A stretch of DNA of 64,000 nt. It comes from Phycisphaerae bacterium (GTDB taxonomy: Bacteria > Planctomycetota > Phycisphaerae > UBA1845 > Fen-1342). Positions 8,548 through 15,897 of this stretch are shown piece by piece. The position numbers and the translations under genes were made by a program. Each line of letters begins with the position of its first letter. Position 1 is the first letter of the stretch. The notes below the pieces were generated by a model. That model ran no database searches. It was not told where the DNA came from and was given only the letters and a program-made list of their open reading frames with translations. The DNA is taken from assembly GCA_050115495.1 (NCBI GenBank), contig JASFQK010000018.1, positions 32,001 through 96,000 on the forward strand. Reading direction: 5' to 3'.

Positions 8548-9930
8548 ATGCGCATCGCCATCGCTCAGACTCCCGGCACGCGGCTGGAGGAGTGGCCGCG
8601 GACGCGAGCCATCGTCGTTGATCTGCTGTCGCGGGCGGCGGATCTGCGGGCGGACGTCGTCCTGCTACCGGAGTGTGTCTGGCCGGCATACTACATCGGC
8701 TCGTCGGCGGCCTACTTCGCCGCTCGCGAGGCCGGCCTGCCCGATCCGCAGCACTTCCTCGATCTGCTGAGCGAGCACGCCCGCCGGCTGCGGCTGGCTA
8801 TCTGCGCGGGGTACATCGAAGAGCAGGGGGGCGGACTGGCCAACACCGCCGGCATCATCGGGGCGGATGGTCGGCTGTGCGGGGTACACCGCAAGTGCTT
8901 CCTTTGGGACTTCGATCACGAGTTCTTCCGCCCGGGCGATGGCGTGACGCCCATCGAGACGCCGTTCGGCACGGTCGGCGTGATGATCTGCGCCGACGCC
9001 CGGTTGCCGGAGATCGCCGCCTCGCTGGCGGCCCGTGGCGCCCGGCTGATCCTTCAACCAACGGCGTGGGTGAACGTTGGGACCGCCGACCGGCTGAGCA
9101 ATCCGCAGCCGGAGTTCCTGATCGCCGCCCGCGCCTGCGAACTGGGCGTGCCGATCGCGTCGGCGAGCAAGTGGGGGTGCGAGGGCGAGACGACGCTGGT
9201 TGGTTCGAGCCTGATCTGTGACGCAGACGGCGCCATTCTGGCGCAGGCTGGCACAGCGGAGACCACCGTACTCGTGGCCGACGTGGAGCCCCGAACGCCG
9301 AAGCCTCTGATGCTGACGGCTGCGCAGCGAACAGCGCTGCTCACGCCGGCCGCGCCGGCGCCGCCACGAGCGGACGTACCACCGCTCGCGTTGGTACCGC
9401 TCCCGATGGGCGCAGACGAGGAGACGTGCCGGTCCGTGGCGGCGTCGCAGTCCGGGCCGGGGCGCCCCGTGCTGGCGGTTGGGTGGCAAGAGGAAGAGGC
9501 GGGACGGGCACGTGGCGCCGCCGGCGCCAGCGGGGCGCACGCTGCCGTCATCTGTCGCACGCTGCCGGCGCCGCTGGACGTTGACGGTATCCGTATCGCA
9601 ACGCTCGAAGGTCCTGAAGTCCGAGGGTTCGCGGCGGCGCGCGTGCTGACGCTCGGCGGCGTGCACGTCGTGGTTGTCCTGGATGCGGACGTGCCGCCGG
9701 CGCTGCTGCGCGCCAGAGCCTGCGAGAACCGGATCTTCGTGGTCGCGATCAACGCCGACGGGTGGCGCGTATTCGACCCGCGCGGGCAAACGGCGGGGGC
9801 GGGAACATGGTCTCCGGTCGGCTCCGAGAAGACGGGCGCCGTGCTCGATGTGGGCTCGGCAGCCGACAAGCGGTTCGCTCGCAATACAGATCTGCTGAGC
9901 GGCCGCCGACCCGCGCAGTATGCGGTCTAG
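8548..9930 (+). CDS. Carbon-nitrogen hydrolase (nitrilase superfamily) with a degenerate second domain
   Basis: Glu-Lys-Cys triad in LPEC, HRKC and ICAD; C-terminal part has RARACENRIFVV but no triad. Confidence 0.88.
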   Translation: MRIAIAQTPGTRLEEWPRTRAIVVDLLSRAADLRADVVLLPECVWPAYYIGSSAAYFAAREAGLPDPQHFLDLLSEHARRLRLAICAGYIEEQGGGLANTAGIIGADGRLCGVHRKCFLWDFDHEFFRPGDGVTPIETPFGTVGVMICADARLPEIAASLAARGARLILQPTAWVNVGTADRLSNPQPEFLIAARACELGVPIASASKWGCEGETTLVGSSLICDADGAILAQAGTAETTVLVADVEPRTPKPLMLTAAQRTALLTPAAPAPPRADVPPLALVPLPMGADEETCRSVAASQSGPGRPVLAVGWQEEEAGRARGAAGASGAHAAVICRTLPAPLDVDGIRIATLEGPEVRGFAAARVLTLGGVHVVVVLDADVPPALLRARACENRIFVVAINADGWRVFDPRGQTAGAGTWSPVGSEKTGAVLDVGSAADKRFARNTDLLSGRRPAQYAV

Positions 9931-9984
9931 GCTGCGCCGGAGGGGATTCTGGCGATATCAGGTATATACCCGATCAAACACCTC

Positions 9985-10013
9985 TTGTGGTTGACTTGGC
10001 GTGCTGTTAGGCT
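9985..10013 (+). promoter_or_regulatory. Putative sigma70-type promoter of PEP-CTERM gene 1
   Basis: TTGTGG-N17-TAGGCT; same geometry upstream of genes 2 and 3. Confidence 0.55.
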
Positions 10014-10378
10014 AAGAACATCATGTGAGGAGAGCGGGGTGAGGGCTCCACAGCGAGGAGAGAGGAGTCCCCTCGACCGCTAGAGCGGCTCGATGCAAGC
10101 ATTTCCGTCGGCCGCGCCATAGACGTCAGGCGTCCACCGGGCGCCGAGTGTTACGGACCAAGTCTTCGCAGGCGGGTCGCCGGGCGGCGATTCGTCAGCA
10201 TCTTTGGTGTCTGGACGGTCCCTGAGGTGCCATCGCCTTTCGGGTAGTCGATGTCTTGTACGGAAAGGAGGCGCTCATTGGAGCAAGCCGGCCCGGCCGG
10301 ATCAGCCGTGTATGCGTGTTCCGGCGGGCCTCCCCAGGTGGTTCCGCAAGTTGGTTCTGATGTAGAGGAGGAGAGTCC

Positions 10379-11239
10379 ATGATGAAGGGGCTTGTACTGT
10401 GTATTGCCGGCCTGTTCCTGGCCGGTGTGTCGTATGCTGACCTGAACCTCGACTCGGATCTGGGCACGTTGGGTGTGGGTGACTACAACCTGACGGGGAC
10501 CACGGCTGGCATGCCGAATAACTGCGACTACTATGATGGTTGCAGCTACAACGAGTCGTTGGGCGAGTACGTGTACTCGTTCACCATTACGTCGACGATG
10601 CAGATCAGCTTGACGTCCAACTCGTCTGGTAACCCTGACCACGACCAGTTCCTGCTGGACAGCCTGGTGACGTACAACGACGGGACGTACAACCGTTCGG
10701 CGAACATGCTCAACTACGTCGACGAAAGCGGCGCTTTCGGCCGCTTCGAGGCAGGCACGTACTACCTGTCCGTCGATACGTATTACAGCACTCCCGAGGG
10801 GCCGTACGACATCACGCTGTCGTTGGTGCCGGGCCTGACGATGGCCGAAGCTTCGCTCGGTGTCGTCGCTGCCGGTACGTGCGTCAATGGCGACATCACC
10901 GGGCATACGGACAACTTCGGTTGGGACGAGGGCTACGGCGACGACGTTTGGACGATCGAGCACGCCGGTGGCGAGGCGATCCTCGACCTGACGTGGGCGG
11001 GCCTGCCAGATGGTCCGGATATCGATCTGCGGCTGTATGACGTGAACGAGGTGGAGGTCGAGAGCTCCTTGGGTGTTCCCGGTCCTGAGAACATCACGAT
11101 TGCCGATCTGGCGGCCGGGACGTACTACGCGCTCGTCGACGGCTACGGCGGCGAAGACGCGTATACACTGTGCTACACGCCGGAGCCGACCGCGCTGCTG
11201 CTGCTGGCGGTGGCCGGTTTGGCGCTGCGTCGGCGTTAG
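10379..11239 (+). CDS. PEP-CTERM surface protein 1 (two PPC-like beta domains)
   Basis: Signal peptide; GTYYLSVD and GTYYALVDGY PPC-like motifs; C-terminus TPEPTALLLLAVAGLALRRR; RBS GAGGAG. Confidence 0.9.
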   Translation: MMKGLVLCIAGLFLAGVSYADLNLDSDLGTLGVGDYNLTGTTAGMPNNCDYYDGCSYNESLGEYVYSFTITSTMQISLTSNSSGNPDHDQFLLDSLVTYNDGTYNRSANMLNYVDESGAFGRFEAGTYYLSVDTYYSTPEGPYDITLSLVPGLTMAEASLGVVAAGTCVNGDITGHTDNFGWDEGYGDDVWTIEHAGGEAILDLTWAGLPDGPDIDLRLYDVNEVEVESSLGVPGPENITIADLAAGTYYALVDGYGGEDAYTLCYTPEPTALLLLAVAGLALRRR

Positions 11240-11291
11240 GGCTGACGAAACGCGCTGTCCTTCGTGACGGCGTGTGAGACTGCCAATCGGA

Positions 11292-11329
11292 GAAGGAGGC
11301 CTTCGGCACCGGGGGCCTCCTTCCTCTTT
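11292..11329 (+). terminator. Rho-independent terminator after PEP-CTERM gene 1
   Basis: GAAGGAGGCC...GGCCTCCTTC stem followed by CTCTTT. Confidence 0.75.
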
Positions 11330-11529
11330 GGCGGCGGCGCGCGTTATCGAGGCGGCTGGGCAGGAGCGAAGGGCAGGAAGGCGACCGCCGACGAGCCCGA
11401 GGATCAGCTCGTCAGCCGACATGGCATTCGTCAATCATATTGGCCGGCTGAGCGGCCGCGAGTCAATCCAATCCGGACGCTGATTCGCTTCGACTGCGAC
11501 GTTGCAGGCATTCACCCCATTGATTGTCC

Positions 11530-11558
11530 TTGTAGTTCCGTTGCCGGGTCGTTAAGCT
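11530..11558 (+). promoter_or_regulatory. Putative sigma70-type promoter of PEP-CTERM gene 2
   Basis: TTGTAG-N17-TAAGCT. Confidence 0.55.
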
Positions 11559-11936
11559 GGTATTTAGCATGCGACGAATGCGGGGCGAGGCTTCTCCACC
11601 GAGGACGGAGGCGCACGTCCCCGCGCAGTCACGGCGGCGCGGTGTTTGCGTGCGTGTACGACACCGTCCGTGCAGCGCGTCTTTCAGACGACGCTCACGG
11701 TGAGGCAGCTCTTTCTGGTGAACCCGCGGGCCCGGGTGCGCCGCGGCGCTCGTGCATGTCGCGAACGCGAATCAGTGATCGCCCCCCAAGTCATGAATGC
11801 CCTTGATGGGAAGGAGGAGTCGCGAAACACGTTTGGACGAGGAATGTGCGGCCGGACGGCGCGTTTCGGATACAGCCGTTGCGGCCGTGGGGACTGGAGT
11901 CACTCGGTTCGTTCGAATGAGAAGGAGGAGATCAAT

Positions 11937-12920
11937 ATGAAGAGAGTGTTGGCACTATGTGTCGTCGGCTTGTTCCTGGCCGGAGTGTCGAATGCCGATC
12001 TGACCCTAAATGAGAGCCTCGGCACGCTCGTTGAAGGAAGCTACAACCTGACGGGCACCACGGTCGGCATGCCGACCAACTGCGACTTCTACGACGGCTG
12101 CTCGTACAACGAGAGCTTGGGCGAGTACGTTTACTCGTTCACGATCGGCGCGACGATGAACATCAGTATGACGTCCGTGTCCGGCGTCGGTGGTGATAAC
12201 GACCAGTTCCTGCTCGACAGCCTGGTGACGTACAACGACGGGACGTACAACCGCTCGGCGAACATGCTGTCCTACGTGGATGAAAACGGCGGATTCGGCC
12301 AGTACTTGCCTGGCACGTACTATCTGTCGGTCGACACGTACAACAACAGCACCGAGGGTCTGTACGACATCACCCTGACGTTCGAAGAGATCGTCCAGCT
12401 TCAGTACGTCTGGTTCCATGACTTCGAGGGCGGTTTGCCCGCCGGCTGGACGGTGGTCGAGAACGGCGACGTGGGCGGCATCTGGAAGACGAACACCGAG
12501 TGGAGCCGCGCCAACGAGGCCGGCGCCGGCCTGTGCATGGACGCCGACTCCGACGCGTTCGGAACCGGCTCCAAGCTGATGGACACCGAGCTGGTTACGC
12601 CGATGTTCAACGTGCCGGCGGATGCGACGTTCGAGTTCGACCAGTACTACCGTCACCTCGGGACGAGCTACGGCGACGTCGACATCAACGACGGTCGCGG
12701 CTGGGTGAACCTGTTGCACCAGACCGCGAGCTCGCCGCAGTACGATCACCAGTCACTTGACCTGTCGGCCTATGCCGGTCAGGACGTTCAGATTCGGTTC
12801 CACTTTGACGACAACGCCGAGTACGACTGGTACTGGGAAGTCGACAATGTGGGTGTGACGCCCGAGCCTGCTGCGCTGCTGCTGCTGGCGGTGGCCGGTC
12901 TGGCGCTGCGTCGGCGTTAG
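11937..12920 (+). CDS. PEP-CTERM surface protein 2 (shared N-terminal domain plus MAM/cleaved-adhesin-like domain)
   Basis: MKRVLAL signal peptide after AAGGAGG RBS; N-domain homologous to genes 1 and 3; HDFEGGLPAGW...DTELVTP...DLSAYAGQDVQIRF...WEVDNV; TPEP-TM-RRR. Confidence 0.9.
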   Translation: MKRVLALCVVGLFLAGVSNADLTLNESLGTLVEGSYNLTGTTVGMPTNCDFYDGCSYNESLGEYVYSFTIGATMNISMTSVSGVGGDNDQFLLDSLVTYNDGTYNRSANMLSYVDENGGFGQYLPGTYYLSVDTYNNSTEGLYDITLTFEEIVQLQYVWFHDFEGGLPAGWTVVENGDVGGIWKTNTEWSRANEAGAGLCMDADSDAFGTGSKLMDTELVTPMFNVPADATFEFDQYYRHLGTSYGDVDINDGRGWVNLLHQTASSPQYDHQSLDLSAYAGQDVQIRFHFDDNAEYDWYWEVDNVGVTPEPAALLLLAVAGLALRRR

Positions 12921-12967
12921 AGCGGACGAGCCGCGCCGCCCACCAGGGTGGTGTGTGAGAACGTGAT

Positions 12968-13015
12968 AGACGGAGGGAACTTCCCCCCGCGGGGGGGGCC
13001 TTCGTCTCTTTTTTT
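12968..13015 (+). terminator. Rho-independent terminator after PEP-CTERM gene 2
   Basis: AGACGGAGG...CCTTCGTCT stem followed by a T7 run. Confidence 0.8.
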
Positions 13016-13189
13016 GCGCACGGCCTGGGGGCGCAACCGTTCACGGGATTCGGGGTGGAAAGGGGGCGGCATGGGGTAATCCGTGGGTTATCGGAAGCAG
13101 TAGATTGCTCCGCCGGCCCGAGAATGTGCGCCGTAAGTCATTTCTGCCGCCGTTTTTGCGCTTTCTGACACATTAGCACCGCAATTCCG

Positions 13190-13218
13190 TTGCGACAGGG
13201 TTGCCGGATGGCTAACCT
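13190..13218 (+). promoter_or_regulatory. Putative sigma70-type promoter of PEP-CTERM gene 3
   Basis: TTGCGA-N17-TAACCT. Confidence 0.55.
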
Positions 13219-13546
13219 AAGCTTAGCAAGTTGTATAGTCGACGGTTAGGGCTCGCGGCAGAGGAAAGAGGAGAGCCCCTTGTACGAGTAGTACTCGGTT
13301 CGCCGGCTTGTGCCGGGTGCCGTGCCTTCTGGGCAGTCGGTCTGTGGCCGGTTGCCCGTGATCGGTGCCAGGGAGCGGTCACGAAGGAGTGGCTGCTCGT
13401 CGAGCAGTTCGGGCGTTTTAGGGAAAGGAGGAGTTGATTACGGGGAGAAGGTCAGCTCGCCGGGGCAAGAGTCAACTCAAAGTTGCCCACGACGAGCGTT
13501 TTACGGAGTTCCGTGAGTGAATTCTGGATTGAGAGGAGGAGCGTTC

Positions 13547-14410
13547 ATGAAGAGAGCATTGGTGCTTTGTGTTGCCGGCCTGTTCCTGGCCGGTGTGTCG
13601 TATGCTGACCTGAACCTGGATCAGGACCTGGGCACGCTTGGTGTGGGTGACTACAACCTGACCGGGACCACTTCCGGCATGCCGAATAACTGCGACTACT
13701 ATGACGGTTGCACCTACGAGGAGTCACTGGGCGAGTACGTGTACTCGTTCACCATCACGTCGATGATGCAGATCAGCTTGACGTCCAACACGAGTGGTAA
13801 CCCCGATCACGACCAGTTCCTGCTGGACAGCCTGGCGACGTACAACGACGGGACGTACAACCGCTCGGCAAACATGCTCAACTACGTCGACGAAAGCGGC
13901 GCTTTTGGCAACTACGGGCCGGGTACGTACTACCTGTCCGTCGATACGTATCACAGCACTCCCGTGGGGGCGTACGACATCACGTTGTCGTTCGCGGACG
14001 CCACGACGATGGCCGACGCGTCGCTCGGCGTCGTTGCCGCCGGCACGTGCGTCAACGGTGACATCCGCGGGCACACGGACAACTTCGGTTGGGACGAGGG
14101 CTACGGCGACGACGTCTGGACGATCGAGCACGCCGGTGGCGAGGCGATCCTCGACCTGACGTGGGCGGGTCTGCCCGATGGTCCGGATATCGACCTCTGG
14201 CTGTATGACGTAAACGAGGCCGAGGTCGCGCACTCCTGGGCAACCCCCGGGCCGGAAAGCATCGTGATCGACGATCTGGCGGCCGGGACGTACTACGCGC
14301 TCGTCGACGGCTACGACGGCGAAGACGCCTACGAGCTGTGCTACAACATCCCGGAGCCGACCGCACTGGCGCTGCTGCTGGTGGCCGGTCTGGCCTTGCG
14401 TCGGCGCTAG
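13547..14410 (+). CDS. PEP-CTERM surface protein 3 (close paralog of protein 1)
   Basis: Long identical peptide stretches with 10379..11239; IPEPTALALLLVAGLALRRR; RBS GAGGAGG. Confidence 0.9.
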   Translation: MKRALVLCVAGLFLAGVSYADLNLDQDLGTLGVGDYNLTGTTSGMPNNCDYYDGCTYEESLGEYVYSFTITSMMQISLTSNTSGNPDHDQFLLDSLATYNDGTYNRSANMLNYVDESGAFGNYGPGTYYLSVDTYHSTPVGAYDITLSFADATTMADASLGVVAAGTCVNGDIRGHTDNFGWDEGYGDDVWTIEHAGGEAILDLTWAGLPDGPDIDLWLYDVNEAEVAHSWATPGPESIVIDDLAAGTYYALVDGYDGEDAYELCYNIPEPTALALLLVAGLALRRR

Positions 14411-14460
14411 AGCTGACAACACGCGCTGCCTTCTATGACAGCGCGTGAGGCTGCGAATGA

Positions 14461-14500
14461 GAGAAGGAGGTCTTCGTCACCGAGGGCCTCCTTCTTCTTT
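14461..14500 (+). terminator. Rho-independent terminator after PEP-CTERM gene 3
   Basis: AGAAGGAGG...CCTCCTTCT stem followed by TCTTT; homologous to the gene 1 terminator. Confidence 0.75.
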
Positions 14501-14756
14501 GGGGGCGACGGGGCGGATCAGCCGTCGGTTGGCCGGGGCAGGGGCGTCTTTGCGGGCATGCTGGAGGAAACGGACCTGAAAAAAGGCCGACCGGCGGGTT
14601 GCCCGCCGTGATCGGCGGTGCCTAGAACTCTCATGGAGACGGGATCGAGACAGGGGCACTGTGGCTTCGCCTCCGGCCGTCCGTGACGCCGGAGAGATGC
14701 CTCGTGTGCGCCATCTGTTGGTTGGGTCGTGGAGATTCCCTGCGGAGGAAGATGCG

Positions 14757-15785
14757 ATGACCAAGGTCTATGCCTTGATGGCGGGAGCGCTCGTGGCCGC
14801 CGCCCCCGCGCTGGCAGGCTTCACCGCGACCGCCGCCGGCCCGATCAATTCGGACGGCCTGTGGGGCTCGGCGGCCAACGGTTGGTTCACGTACGACTAC
14901 GCCGGTGCGGACTTCTACATCGGCGACATCAACTTCTTCGGCGAGGTGACGAGCGGGGGTGTCGGCTCGTATCAGTCCGAGTTGCTGGTGGGGATCACCG
15001 ATCCGCTGGGCAACACGGCGTTTCTGGACGGCTTCGGGCCGGCGTCGACCTGGACGGGCAAAGTCGCCGTGGGGCCGCTGACCTTCCCGGGTCTGGGCGA
15101 TAGCATCGTCGGCACCGCGGGCACCTATACGTTCACGTTCTGCGAGACATATGACGACGTTGGCCTGGACGCGTTCTGGGAGAACCTGTCCATCGAGCTG
15201 GCCGACGGTGTCGAGCCGCCGCCGGCGCATCCGTGGCCGACGGATCTGCTGTGGGAGGACTTCGAGGCCGGCGTGCCGCCGACGGGCTGGTCCGCCGTAA
15301 CGAACAACCCGTTCACCTGGGAAGCGGACGTATACGATCCGTACGAGGGCCTCTCCTCGGCCACCTGCTTCTTTGACGAGGACAACACCGGGTCGCAGGA
15401 CGAGTGGCTGATCACGCCGGTGATCAACACGATGCACGCCGACGTGGCCGTCGGCGGACAGACACGCGGTAGCCTGTACTGGGGCGGTGGGGAGCCGAAC
15501 GACAACTACGACGTCGAGGTGTGGATCGTCAACGGGGCGGACGTCAATGACGGCGACGACGTGTACGTGGGTTTGCTCGACGACTGCTGGGAGGATTCCT
15601 GGGTGTGGTCGCCGTTTGAGTACGACCTGAGCGGGCTCTACGCGCCGGGCGTGGACTTCCGCGTCGGTTTCCGGTACGCCGGCTCGAACGGCGCGGCCGG
15701 GAGCATCGACGCCGTGTACATCACTCCTGAGCCGGCCTCGCTGGTGCTGCTGGCGTTGGCCGGCCTGGCCTTGCGCCGCCGCTGA
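14757..15785 (+). CDS. PEP-CTERM surface protein 4 (unrelated N-domain plus cleaved-adhesin-like domain)
   Basis: MTKVYAL signal peptide after GGAGG; WEDFEAGVPPTGW...QDEWLITP...DLSG...FRVGFRY; TPEPASLVLLALAGLALRRR. Confidence 0.9.
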   Translation: MTKVYALMAGALVAAAPALAGFTATAAGPINSDGLWGSAANGWFTYDYAGADFYIGDINFFGEVTSGGVGSYQSELLVGITDPLGNTAFLDGFGPASTWTGKVAVGPLTFPGLGDSIVGTAGTYTFTFCETYDDVGLDAFWENLSIELADGVEPPPAHPWPTDLLWEDFEAGVPPTGWSAVTNNPFTWEADVYDPYEGLSSATCFFDEDNTGSQDEWLITPVINTMHADVAVGGQTRGSLYWGGGEPNDNYDVEVWIVNGADVNDGDDVYVGLLDDCWEDSWVWSPFEYDLSGLYAPGVDFRVGFRYAGSNGAAGSIDAVYITPEPASLVLLALAGLALRRR

Positions 15786-15837
15786 ATGGTGTTTCTTCGC
15801 TGCTCACACACGGGCGGCGGTGGAAGCGCAAGCAAGT

Positions 15838-15870
15838 GCGGGAGGCTTCCCCGAAAGGGGAGCCTCCCGC
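15838..15870. terminator. Strong hairpin between convergent genes (likely bidirectional terminator)
   Basis: GCGGGAGGCTTCCCC-GAAA-GGGGAGCCTCCCGC; weak U tail. Confidence 0.65.
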
Positions 15871-15897
15871 GGCCATTTGTCGGCGGGGCCGAGGGTG

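Noticed and set aside
9996..10011. Sigma54 promoter upstream of PEP-CTERM gene 1 (TTGGC...)
   Set aside because: No GC at the -12 position with correct spacing; the sigma70-like geometry fits all three genes better
10379..14410. Diversity-generating retroelement (TR/VR) explanation for the near-identical genes
   Set aside because: No reverse transcriptase in the window, differences are not confined to adenines, and both copies are full genes
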